Shown: positions 8,529 to 17,507 of the stretch, one piece after another | How the letters are laid out: every line of letters begins with the position of its first letter | Position numbering within the stretch: position 1 is the first letter of the stretch | Origin: a virus | Virus record (IMG/VR): IMGVR_UViG_3300029268_000006 | Location: 32,001-96,000 of that record | Direction: 5' to 3' (one strand) | DNA length: 64,000 nt | The notes under the pieces: generated by a model | Databases searched by the model: none | Seen by the model: the letters and a program-made list of their open reading frames with translations, nothing else | What the model was told of the DNA's origin: nothing | Translations under genes and position numbers: made by a program

Positions 8529-9506
8529 TTATTTTAAAAATTTTAAACATTTTTGAATTGTTTTTTCTGGATCGTTTTTATAATCCGATTCCCATATGAT
8601 CAAAATGCTAAAATTTTTCTTTTCGGCTGCTAATATTTTTTCTTTATCGTGTTTCCAAATATCTTCGGATTTTAACCATTTTCTATATGGGTGTGGATTA
8701 TCATTATTTTTCCATTTGATTGGATTTGCGTGATACATATCACTATTAAATTCGATTATCTTTTTTTTATTTTTATCAGTAAAATCATATTGATAAAATT
8801 TATTTTTTTCAGATAAATTTTCATTTTTTTCAGATATGAAATATTCTTTGTTTTTAGTTGCAAAATAAACATTTATTCTATCTTTAATTTCATATTGTTC
8901 TAAAATATCATAGAAAAGTTTTTGAGATATTTTAGAGAACCCACATTTTAAATTTCCATTTTCCAATAAAGATTTTTGCCATTTATTTTGACGTTCATTC
9001 CATATTTTTAAACCATCAATTTCACCGTGTTTTTCTATATATTTTTCTAAAGTAAATGTTCTTTGTCTTTCAGATAATTTTTGTTTTGCATCAATTTCAT
9101 TGTATCCTTTCTTTAACCAATATTCAATTCTGGTAGATTGTTGTTCTGGTGTTATATTTTCATGAACCTTTTTTGAAAATTCAATAGCTTCATTTTCATT
9201 TTCATACTTTATAAAATTTTTTGAAAAAGGACTTCTCTGTTTTCTTTGTTCTTCTGTTGTTTTTGATTTACTGTTTGGATTTTTTTGTCCTGTTATTTTG
9301 TCTGAAAATAATTTTTTATATTTTTCTTGTTTCATGTGTAATCCACCATTTTTAGTTGTTTCTTTATAATCGGATTCTGAATATAAAGGTTCACCGGGAT
9401 ATAACTTTAAATATTCGTCTGATGTTAAACCATGTTTTTTTAAATGTCTACCATATATTCTGGTTGATTTTTTTCCACATATTTTACAAGTAATTAAATT
9501 TTCCAT
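8529..9506 (-). CDS. Putative homing endonuclease (C2H2 finger plus Vsr/DUF559-like domain) nested in the split terL
   Basis: CKICGK..YGRHLKKH; QRTFTLEKYIEKHG; IIEFNSDMYH; ILIIWESD. Confidence 0.75.
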   Translation of the reverse strand: MENLITCKICGKKSTRIYGRHLKKHGLTSDEYLKLYPGEPLYSESDYKETTKNGGLHMKQEKYKKLFSDKITGQKNPNSKSKTTEEQRKQRSPFSKNFIKYENENEAIEFSKKVHENITPEQQSTRIEYWLKKGYNEIDAKQKLSERQRTFTLEKYIEKHGEIDGLKIWNERQNKWQKSLLENGNLKCGFSKISQKLFYDILEQYEIKDRINVYFATKNKEYFISEKNENLSEKNKFYQYDFTDKNKKKIIEFNSDMYHANPIKWKNNDNPHPYRKWLKSEDIWKHDKEKILAAEKKNFSILIIWESDYKNDPEKTIQKCLKFLK

Positions 9507-9521
9507 TGTTGTTTTTATTTT

Positions 9522-9530
9522 TATATATTA
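9522..9530 (-). promoter_or_regulatory. TAATATATA motif, candidate phage late promoter class
   Basis: Recurs upstream of terL, structural and endonuclease genes, mostly within about 30 nt of the start: 983-991(+), 9522-9530(-), 10120-10128(-), 13702-13710(-), 16797-16805(-), 18340-18348(-), 33592-33600(+), 40870-40878(+). Confidence 0.6.
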
Positions 9531-9555
9531 ATAGCAAGCGGACAAAATGGGATAT

Positions 9556-10089
9556 TTATTCTACATATTTTAGAATTTTATAAAGAAATAATTTAGTTTT
9601 TTCAATAATGGTTAATTTTCTATATTTTTTAAGCGTTTCGTAATATAATTCACCAATTGAAATTTTAAAAATATATCCATTTTCATCTTTTAAATTTGCT
9701 AACGTATTGAAAATTAAGCACTTACCGGATTGTCTACTAGCCATTAGTATCGAATATCTGTTTTCAGTATATAATTTTATAATATCTTTTTGGTATTCAC
9801 GAAGTTTCATTTGTCCGATGCTACCATCTTCCAATTTAATTTTACAGTAGTGTTCCGCGAAGTAATATACAGATAATTTACATCTGACATATTCACGTAT
9901 CTCTTCTTCTGTCATAGCGAATTTTAATCCCGGTCTTCTAATACCCGGATTATTCTTAAACCACAGTCTTTCAGTTAGTTTAAGTGGTAATGCTAATCTT
10001 TCTTTCTCTTGAATTTCTTTAACTTTTTCAGTAGTTAATATGTGACTTTGATCAATATTTTTATTTTTGGGTGATGTTGTTTTTGCCAT
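9556..10089 (-). CDS. terL: Terminase large subunit, N-terminal fragment fused to a short N-intein (54 aa)
   Basis: gp17-like YYFAEHYCKI, LREYQKDII, ILMASRQSGK|CLIFNT; the intein Cys1 codon is at 9720-9718. Confidence 0.92.
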   Translation of the reverse strand: MAKTTSPKNKNIDQSHILTTEKVKEIQEKERLALPLKLTERLWFKNNPGIRRPGLKFAMTEEEIREYVRCKLSVYYFAEHYCKIKLEDGSIGQMKLREYQKDIIKLYTENRYSILMASRQSGKCLIFNTLANLKDENGYIFKISIGELYYETLKKYRKLTIIEKTKLFLYKILKYVE

Positions 10090-10149
10090 AATTGTATTTA
10101 TTTCTTTTTCAACGTATTATATATATTAAATTTTTAATGTCATTTTTTT

Positions 10150-10177
10150 AAACTTAATTTCATATTTTATTTATAAA
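10150..10177 (+). promoter_or_regulatory. AAACT(T/A)-N16-TAT(A/T)AW bipartite motif, candidate middle promoter class
   Basis: The same 16-nt spacing occurs at 10150-10177(+), 16824-16851(+), 50608-50635(+), 4724-4751(-), 33524-33551(-) and 36174-36201(-), upstream of nucleotide-metabolism and replication genes and a Y RNA. Confidence 0.5.
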
Positions 10178-10193
10178 AAAATAAAAATTATTA

Positions 10194-11015
10194 ATGAATA
10201 GAACAGAAATTTTAGGAACTGGAAATAAAAATATTTTAGTATTAACTGGTGTTCATGGAAATGAAATATCACCAGTTTATGCTGGATATATATTAAAGAA
10301 ATTTGATTTTGATAAATCTAAATTTAAAAAATTAACAATTTTAAATGCTGTAAATACTGATGGAATAAAAAACAATATAAGGGAAATTCCAAATGATAAT
10401 ACTAGTGATTTAAATAGAATGTTTAAAGTTGATTTTGATAATAATATATCTATTGATGAATTAACAAAATTATTTAATGATAATGATATTATTATTGATG
10501 TACATTCATCTCCAAGATGTTGTGAATTTATATTGTTAAATCAGGATGAAACAACAAATTCGTATGTTGAATTTGCATTAAAACATGATATTAAATATCT
10601 TATTCGTTATTCTGATTCAAATACAATTAAGAAATACGGTTTAGATAAAGGGAAGATTAGTTTTACAATTGAAATAAATCAAATGAATTATATTGATTAT
10701 GATAGTGCAAAAAGATGTTCCGAATTGATAATTAATATTATAAATAATTGTGATGATTTTAAATTAACTTTATGTGAACCCAAATACGATGAATTTTTTG
10801 AATTTTTCACTTATAAAGATGGATTATTTTTACCTAAAGTAAAAATTGGTGATATTATATCAGAAGGTGATTGGTTGGGTGAATTGTTGGATCTAACTAC
10901 TTTTGATACAGAAAAGATTTTTTATAGAAAAGATAGAAAGTCTAGAATTATATGTAGTGGTGAAAGTCAATATGTATCCGCTGGGAGAAGTATGTTCTTT
11001 TTACAACCAGTTTAA
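10194..11015 (+). CDS. Succinylglutamate desuccinylase/aspartoacylase (M14-like Zn hydrolase) family protein
   Basis: GVHGNE, DLNRMF and IIDVHSS motifs; C-terminal barrel-sandwich-like VKIGDIISEGDWLG. Confidence 0.8.
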   Translation: MNRTEILGTGNKNILVLTGVHGNEISPVYAGYILKKFDFDKSKFKKLTILNAVNTDGIKNNIREIPNDNTSDLNRMFKVDFDNNISIDELTKLFNDNDIIIDVHSSPRCCEFILLNQDETTNSYVEFALKHDIKYLIRYSDSNTIKKYGLDKGKISFTIEINQMNYIDYDSAKRCSELIINIINNCDDFKLTLCEPKYDEFFEFFTYKDGLFLPKVKIGDIISEGDWLGELLDLTTFDTEKIFYRKDRKSRIICSGESQYVSAGRSMFFLQPV

Positions 11016-11340
11016 ATTATATATACTAAAAATAAATATATTTTTATGAAACACATAAAGGAATAGAAATGAATACGATCCTAATACATATAAAGAAACT
11101 GGTTGGAAGAAATTACAAAAAAGATGGTGGTGTGGATTTTTTAGATTTTTAAAAATTATATTAAAAAATGAATGAAGATATTTTAATTGGATCATCATTT
11201 TTTGCACCTTGGATGTTAATGGATTATATTACGGATGGATATGTTATTGTAAGTATGAGTGATGTTTATTATAAGACCGCAAAGGGATTGCTGATAGAAT
11301 GGGTTTTGCATTACCAAAAATAAAATTTCACAAATTTTAA

Positions 11341-12231
11341 TCATTCTCTTTTATTAGTGTCATAAATTTGAAATATTTCGTTCAAATGATCAACCATATC
11401 TGATTCTGCGTTATCTATTAAAATATTTCTTATATCGTTATTATCTTTTATTTTAATATCCTTTTCAATTTTTGTACTTTCAGTAAAGTACACATTATGA
11501 AAATCATTTTTTGATATAAAAATATCCACTTTATTTTTATTTTCAGTTTTTTCTACAACTTTAGAATTTATAATTAAATCGACAAAATCATTAGATATTT
11601 TATCTATTTCATTCAATTGAGAAATATCATCAATATATATTTCTTTGAATTTAGGACTGTAATTATTTTCAATAAATCTAACTTCATTTTGTTTTAAACT
11701 AAAAGCATAAAACCCATGTGGTGATGTTGTATAATCTTTATTTAATTGATAAGGTGATGTAATATTTATATTTATATCACTACCTTTTTCATTGTCGTAA
11801 AACCCGTTAAATGTTTTTTTGATATCTTTTATTTCTTTTGGTGTGTTATTATAAAATAGATATTCAGTATCATTGTCTGGCATTAAAAAATTACCATTTG
11901 GTATGAACATTAAATTTTTAACTTTTTTGGTTTCTTTAAATATTTTTATATTCTTTCTATTGAATAAATCTATTGATAAATCATCATTAGACCCTTTCAG
12001 AACGAATATTTGTATAAAGGTGGATAGTTCATCAAATATATCAAAGACATCCCTCAAAACCTTAAAATGTGTAGATTGTTTGTTATAAAATATGTTTCCG
12101 GTATGAACAAGAATATCACCTTCACGATATACTTTTTTCAAGTATGGTATGAAAGAATTTTTAAAATAATTAATTTGAATGTCGAACATTTTCGGGTATC
12201 CAAATAGTGTGTTCCCTATAATATATATCAT
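11341..12231 (-). CDS. gp47/Mre11/SbcD-like protein with degenerate metallophosphoesterase motifs
   Basis: Motif order is conserved but the metal ligands are altered: GNTLFG (GDxHxG), GNIFYN (GDxFD), GSNDD (GNHD). The C-terminal F(I)EN..SPKF is typical of gp47. Confidence 0.7.
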   Translation of the reverse strand: MIYIIGNTLFGYPKMFDIQINYFKNSFIPYLKKVYREGDILVHTGNIFYNKQSTHFKVLRDVFDIFDELSTFIQIFVLKGSNDDLSIDLFNRKNIKIFKETKKVKNLMFIPNGNFLMPDNDTEYLFYNNTPKEIKDIKKTFNGFYDNEKGSDININITSPYQLNKDYTTSPHGFYAFSLKQNEVRFIENNYSPKFKEIYIDDISQLNEIDKISNDFVDLIINSKVVEKTENKNKVDIFISKNDFHNVYFTESTKIEKDIKIKDNNDIRNILIDNAESDMVDHLNEIFQIYDTNKRE

Positions 12232-12276
12232 GTATATTTTATAATATTTTTAGTTAAAAGTTTTAATTCATGGCAC

Positions 12277-12301
12277 AAAAAACCCCGTCCTGTCGGCGGG
12301 G
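12277..12301 (-). terminator. Intrinsic terminator
   Basis: Minus-strand CCCCG...CGGGG stem followed by T6, downstream of ORF 12318. Confidence 0.6.
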
Positions 12302-12317
12302 TAATATTTAATTTAAA

Positions 12318-13169
12318 TTATTTTGATAAAAGGACAATTAGACCATTTCTTATTAAATCGTATAAATCTTTTGGGATATTTGATATAATAGAAAAATTAT
12401 TGTTTCCTTTAATTTTTATTTGTGATGAATTTTCATTTAATTTTTTATTTTTAATTTGAATTTCCATGAAACTTAATACAAAAGGTTGAATTTTGAAACC
12501 TTTATCATTATTTCTAATAACGTGAATTTCATCATTTTTTTCAGAAACCATATACCAACATTTTTCCTTGATACCTTTTGTTGTTAAAAAATCTTCAACA
12601 TCTTGAAGTTTCAATCCTGTATAATGTGTAACTTTTCCAATGACTTTAATTTCCTTCTTCGAATCTAACATTTCGTTTGTTGGGTTTGAATTATCTGGAT
12701 TTTTTTCAATTTCCTCTTTTTCGAGTTTTTTCGGATCAGTTAAAACTTTTTGTGGTTGTTCTCCCTTATCTACTTTATGTGATGGTTTTTCTGGTTCTAC
12801 TTTATTTTCTATTATGGATTTTATTGGAACTTTATTTTCCACTTTTTTTACGGGTGGTTTTAATATTTGTTTCGGTTCTTCTTTTCGAACAGTTTCGAAC
12901 TTATTATTTTTTGGATAATGTTCTAAAATATTTTCAAATTTAACAGATATTATTGTTTGACCCACTTTAACGTCATAGGTTTCAATTCCGTTTTTTTCAT
13001 ATGTTTTACAAATTTCACCCCTAAACTCACGTCCTTTGAATTCAGTAACAACTATATCACCATCTTTTATCATACTAACAACTTTTTGTGGTTGTTGTTG
13101 AATGGGTATTTGTGGAGATAAATTATTATCTTCAAATAGTTTATACAAATCTTTAATATCTAATTCCAT
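12318..13169 (-). CDS. Hypothetical protein (start revised to ATG 13169)
   Basis: The tracked 5' extension overlaps the Q/P-rich tail of the upstream gene; MELDIKDLY is the plausible start. Contains an SH3-like segment and a low-complexity linker. Confidence 0.65.
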   Translation of the reverse strand: MELDIKDLYKLFEDNNLSPQIPIQQQPQKVVSMIKDGDIVVTEFKGREFRGEICKTYEKNGIETYDVKVGQTIISVKFENILEHYPKNNKFETVRKEEPKQILKPPVKKVENKVPIKSIIENKVEPEKPSHKVDKGEQPQKVLTDPKKLEKEEIEKNPDNSNPTNEMLDSKKEIKVIGKVTHYTGLKLQDVEDFLTTKGIKEKCWYMVSEKNDEIHVIRNNDKGFKIQPFVLSFMEIQIKNKKLNENSSQIKIKGNNNFSIISNIPKDLYDLIRNGLIVLLSK

Positions 13170-13182
13170 ATTTAATATATTT

Positions 13183-13677
13183 TTATTGTTCAGTTGCTGG
13201 TATTTGTTGTGCTGTTTGTTGAGGATTTGGTTGTCCTGATGTTGCCGGTGGACTTTGAATTTGCTGTCCTTGTCCACCTTGTGATGTTTGTGCTGGTGGT
13301 TGTGATTGAATTTGTGCTGGTGGTTGAGCAATTTGAGCTTGAGTAGATTGAGCAGATTGAGCTTTTTGTTCACCTTCAGTTCCAGTTGCAATTGATACTG
13401 GAAAATTCTCAATTATCATTAAGTGTGAAGTGGATGTGGCATAATCAACTAAAGTTCTAGCAATTAAATCATCTGACCATATACCACCTTTGGCTATATC
13501 TTTACCTGTTTCATCCAGTACTTTTTTAATAAAACTTTTTACTAAGGCCAAAGGAAAATTTACCATTTTGACTATTGGTATTGAATCCATTTGTGATTGT
13601 GAAGCTTCAATAATTTTAGATTCATTAGTAGATTTTTTTTCACGAAAATCTTCGAAATTTGTTAAGTTTTTTGCCAT
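13183..13677 (-). CDS. Hypothetical protein with Q/P/A-rich disordered tail, possibly virion-associated
   Basis: Preceded by TAATATATA motifs; C-terminal AQSAQSTQAQIAQPPAQ. Confidence 0.7.
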   Translation of the reverse strand: MAKNLTNFEDFREKKSTNESKIIEASQSQMDSIPIVKMVNFPLALVKSFIKKVLDETGKDIAKGGIWSDDLIARTLVDYATSTSHLMIIENFPVSIATGTEGEQKAQSAQSTQAQIAQPPAQIQSQPPAQTSQGGQGQQIQSPPATSGQPNPQQTAQQIPATEQ

Positions 13678-13786
13678 AATATTTTTTAATTATTTTTCTA
13701 GTATATATTAAAGTAAAAAACTCATTTTTAAATGAGTTTTTTACAGGTAATTTCTATATATTAAAAAATAAAGGACTAAAATTGAT

Positions 13787-14611
13787 TTATTTCTTTTTAC
13801 CGAATCTCCATTGAAGAATGTCATAATGTATAGAAAATCCCATACTCCAACCAAATCTGGGATTTGCTAAATTATAATCTGTATTTAAACCAAATCCAAT
13901 ATATGGTCCTATTGCCCAATTTTTTGATTTATCTATTAATGGTTGTGGTGCTTTTTTGTAGAAAAAACCACCATCTAATTCTATCAATTTTATTTTTGGT
14001 GATTCTGATATGGCGAAAACTCTATATTTGTCATCTAAATCTTTTAATCCGTATGTTATTTTTATTGTTGTTAAATTAGTATCAATTATAGTAATATCTG
14101 GTTGTATTGTCCATTTTTTAGTTATTTCATTTGGTAATAAATAAAATCTACTAGAACCGACAAGTTTTTGTTCAAAACCTTTATCTTGATAAAATGATTT
14201 AAATTTTAAACCATATTGAAATTTAGTAGAGTCGATAGTGATTAATTCATTGGATGTTTTAATACCACCCAAATCACCTTGAACTTTTGAATTTATTGCA
14301 GCTATAATATCACCTTGAACTTTTTTAAGTTTATCATATAATACTTTATTATAATTTTCTAAATCTTTCAATTGTTCCAAAACATAATTATCTTTTGAAA
14401 ACTCATATGCTTTTAATTTTTCATTAAATTCCACTCTAATACTATCTGTCATAGCACTTATATTTTGAGTTCTAATTTTTTCTTGAAAAACTCTATCTTC
14501 ACGTTCTTTTTTTAAATTTGAACACGTTTGAAATAAAAAAACGGATAAAACAAGTATGATGCCGAATAATATTATCGAATAATATTTCTTAATGAATTCT
14601 AAAATTTTCAT
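13787..14611 (-). CDS. Membrane-anchored/lipoprotein-like coiled-coil protein with amphipathic C-terminal beta strands
   Basis: N-terminal hydrophobic helix ending LFQTC; coiled coil; C-terminal WAIGPYIGFG..GWSMGFSIHY. Confidence 0.55.
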   Translation of the reverse strand: MKILEFIKKYYSIILFGIILVLSVFLFQTCSNLKKEREDRVFQEKIRTQNISAMTDSIRVEFNEKLKAYEFSKDNYVLEQLKDLENYNKVLYDKLKKVQGDIIAAINSKVQGDLGGIKTSNELITIDSTKFQYGLKFKSFYQDKGFEQKLVGSSRFYLLPNEITKKWTIQPDITIIDTNLTTIKITYGLKDLDDKYRVFAISESPKIKLIELDGGFFYKKAPQPLIDKSKNWAIGPYIGFGLNTDYNLANPRFGWSMGFSIHYDILQWRFGKKK

Positions 14612-14664
14612 AATTTTAATTTTAATTTAATTTATGTTTTATATAAATAAAATATTTTTTTGTT

Positions 14665-16773
14665 TTATAAATTATAAGTATTTATTGCTGTTTTATTAGA
14701 TATTTGATAATTTTTTTTAATGGACAGTGTTATGATTTGATTTGTCCAATTATAACCCCCAAAATAACCATTTATCCATTGTCCACCCAAATAAACACCA
14801 TAAAAATATCCTTCGTGAAATACACCATTAAAAAACGCACCACTTGATGGAATGTTTGTAGTTAAACCATAACGATTATTATAAAATTTTCCACCGTAAA
14901 AATCACCATTATACCAATTTATTATTGATGGTGTTAATGTATAACTTGATTCCGGTTCTGGGTTAACATCAGTTGAAATATTATCAGAATTACCAAAAAT
15001 ACCATTATTAAATGTTCCGCCACTCCAATTGATTTGGGGTGGATCATACAAAATTGATGATGATATTTTCATTTTTATGCCCATTGTACCATTATTAAAT
15101 GTTCCATTATACCAATTAACTGCATGAAATGTGGAATCGTTGACAATACCATTTTTCCAAATACCATAAAGCCAAACCGAATTATTAAAATTACCATAAT
15201 TAAAAGTTCCACCACTCCACATACTATTTGTGAAATTACCACCATTAAATATTCCATTTAACCAAAAAGAATTTACAAAATTACCACTATTAAATGTACC
15301 ATTTTTCCATTGCTGTGTAATTCCAGATGATAGAAAAACATTTGTATTATTAACACCTGTATTGAAAATTCCATTATTGAAAATTCCATTATACCAAGTA
15401 CTATTTTCAAAAGTTCCATTATTAAATGTCCCACCTGACCAAATACTATCTTTAAAAATTCCATTATTAAATGTCCCACCACTCCACATACTATTGTCAA
15501 AAGTTCCATTATTAAAAGTTCCATCTGACCATATTGATGACTCTAAAAAATTTTCACCATTAAAACAACCACCCAACCAATTGGAATTGAAAAATTTTCC
15601 ACCATTGAAAGTTCCACCACTCCAATTACTGAAAGAAAAATCGGGATCATCCGGATCTTTAAAAATACTACTATTTCCATTAAATATACCACCCAACCAA
15701 GTACTATATTCAAAAATTCCATTATTAAAAATTCCAGTTACCCATGTTTTTCCATTAAATACCCCCTCATTCCAAATTCCATTATACCATATATTTGGAC
15801 CAAAATTTGTAGTTAAACCACTACCGTACCAAATACCATATTTCCATATTGATTTATTATCTATATTACAATTTATAAAATTACCATATTCAACTGTTAA
15901 TCCCTTAAAATCACAATTTATAAAATTCCCGTTATATATCGTTCCACCAGAAAATGTACAATTTGAATAATATCCATTATTTATTATTGAACAAAAGAAT
16001 TTTGTGTATGATATATAAGTGTAACCATATAAATTATTATTTTTCGTATAATAACTAGTTACAGGGTTTTCTGTTTTTATATTATAATCATATTTTTTAT
16101 ATTTATATGGATTTATAGAAATTGGTGATTTTTTTGTTAAAGATGATAATTGAGAATTAACAGATGTATATTGTGTATCATATTTATCTTTAATATCAAT
16201 ATAATAAGCATTATAAACATTTCCTAAAAGAACACTCGAATTGGTTCCACCACTTAATATAATACACTGTTTAATATCAATATCAATATAAGTATCTGTT
16301 TGACTATTCAAATCTACAGATCTAAAACAAACACCATCGACCCAACCACCATAAAAATTTATTTTATTTATATATATTTTACATAAATAGTGATTATTTA
16401 ATTGAATATTATCCAAATTTGAATTATAATATCGTTTAATTGTTATTTCATTGTTTGATTCGTTGGTGTTCAAAACTTCATAACCTTGACTTGATTTTAA
16501 ATAAATCCAATTTGTATTTCCACTATATTCATAATAATTATCTAATATTGTTTGTCCGGTTCCACTATATCCATTATCATCAAACATTATAAAAACATAA
16601 TCACCTTTATTAATTGACATATTTGTTTCAGTATATAACTTAACATAATTATTATCATTTGATATTACGGGTAATAATTTGACAGAATTTGGTGAAATTG
16701 AATATTTTGTATTATTATTTATATTTAATATTTCTCCAAATTTTTGATTGGATACATTTGTTTGGGTTGTCAT
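14665..16773 (-). CDS. Large protein with about 10-aa W-x-(G/N)-G-x-F-N-x-G-x-F solenoid repeats, probably virion fibre-like
   Basis: Many NSxWSGGTFNNGxF-type units in the C-terminal half; TAATATATA upstream. Confidence 0.7.
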   Translation of the reverse strand: MTTQTNVSNQKFGEILNINNNTKYSISPNSVKLLPVISNDNNYVKLYTETNMSINKGDYVFIMFDDNGYSGTGQTILDNYYEYSGNTNWIYLKSSQGYEVLNTNESNNEITIKRYYNSNLDNIQLNNHYLCKIYINKINFYGGWVDGVCFRSVDLNSQTDTYIDIDIKQCIILSGGTNSSVLLGNVYNAYYIDIKDKYDTQYTSVNSQLSSLTKKSPISINPYKYKKYDYNIKTENPVTSYYTKNNNLYGYTYISYTKFFCSIINNGYYSNCTFSGGTIYNGNFINCDFKGLTVEYGNFINCNIDNKSIWKYGIWYGSGLTTNFGPNIWYNGIWNEGVFNGKTWVTGIFNNGIFEYSTWLGGIFNGNSSIFKDPDDPDFSFSNWSGGTFNGGKFFNSNWLGGCFNGENFLESSIWSDGTFNNGTFDNSMWSGGTFNNGIFKDSIWSGGTFNNGTFENSTWYNGIFNNGIFNTGVNNTNVFLSSGITQQWKNGTFNSGNFVNSFWLNGIFNGGNFTNSMWSGGTFNYGNFNNSVWLYGIWKNGIVNDSTFHAVNWYNGTFNNGTMGIKMKISSSILYDPPQINWSGGTFNNGIFGNSDNISTDVNPEPESSYTLTPSIINWYNGDFYGGKFYNNRYGLTTNIPSSGAFFNGVFHEGYFYGVYLGGQWINGYFGGYNWTNQIITLSIKKNYQISNKTAINTYNL

Positions 16774-16871
16774 TAAATTGGTTACACTTTTTATTGTATA
16801 TATTAAAAAGTGTTTGTTAAATTAAACTTTTTTTATTTTGATAAGTATATTAGAAAAATAATATTTATTGA

Positions 16872-17198
16872 ATGATTAGTCAATCTGAAGAAGAATATAA
16901 AAAATTTCTAACATCTATTTTTGTTGAAAAAAGGGATATTTTTAAAAAAATGATAATTGAAGTTAATAAGGCATTGAAAGATTCCATGAAATTGGATTTT
17001 CAATATAATTATGATGATTTTTGTACAGATTATATGACTGTTTTTATATCTTTTTTTAAAAGACACCCGGATGTGGATTATCTGGATATGAATATGGTAA
17101 CGTTTTATACAAATATTATTTTGGGGGAGATTTTTTTAAAAATAAAAATTAAGTATTCTAACAATGAAGGAAGAAATGTTGATAATGTTGACAAATGA
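16872..17198 (+). CDS. Hypothetical protein
   Basis: 108-aa ORF after an AAACTT-N16-TATATT motif; YNYDDFC resembles WSYDEFC in the next ORF. Confidence 0.6.
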   Translation: MISQSEEEYKKFLTSIFVEKRDIFKKMIIEVNKALKDSMKLDFQYNYDDFCTDYMTVFISFFKRHPDVDYLDMNMVTFYTNIILGEIFLKIKIKYSNNEGRNVDNVDK

Positions 17199-17502
17199 TT
17201 TAGTTGAAAATAGAGAAAAATTTAAAGAAATGAAAGATGATGTTTCTAAATTGGTTGAAAGATATGATGGAAAAGGTATCGATTGGTCATATGATGAATT
17301 TTGTATAAAATTCATCAATAATTTAAAAAGAAAAAATATAAAAACTAATTTTACAGTTGAACAAATGAAAATGGTTTTTCTAGATTGCATGGTGGAAATC
17401 GGAGTTGAAGAATTACACTACCGGGGGAAAGAAAGTGAATCTGAAATATTGTATAGAATATTGAAAAATAAAGAATATGATTATGAAAAATCCAGTATTT
17501 GA
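17164..17502 (+). CDS. Hypothetical protein, possible tandem paralog of 16872-17198
   Basis: 112-aa ORF overlapping the upstream gene. Confidence 0.6.
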   Translation: MKEEMLIMLTNDLVENREKFKEMKDDVSKLVERYDGKGIDWSYDEFCIKFINNLKRKNIKTNFTVEQMKMVFLDCMVEIGVEELHYRGKESESEILYRILKNKEYDYEKSSI

Positions 17503-17507
17503 AAAAA

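Noticed and set aside
7383-9555. Group I/II introns rejoining the split genes at RNA level
   Set aside because: The spacers are filled by ORFs with very short AT-rich gaps, and no intron core structure is visible. Not formally excluded without RT-PCR.
11040-11340. Small ORFs between the M14 gene and the gp47-like gene
   Set aside because: An MKHIKE start is broken by stops, and only a 51-aa ORF without recognisable features follows; probably a decayed gene.
13170-13412. 5' extension of ORF 12318..13412
   Set aside because: It is an alternative-frame read of the Q/P-rich tail of the overlapping 13183..13677 gene.
15230-15970. Long antisense ORFs (15230..15970, 46982..47536, 48012..48575, 31041..31562, 33803..34315 and similar)
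   Set aside because: They are shadow frames of repetitive or stop-poor sense genes, with no motifs or promoter context.
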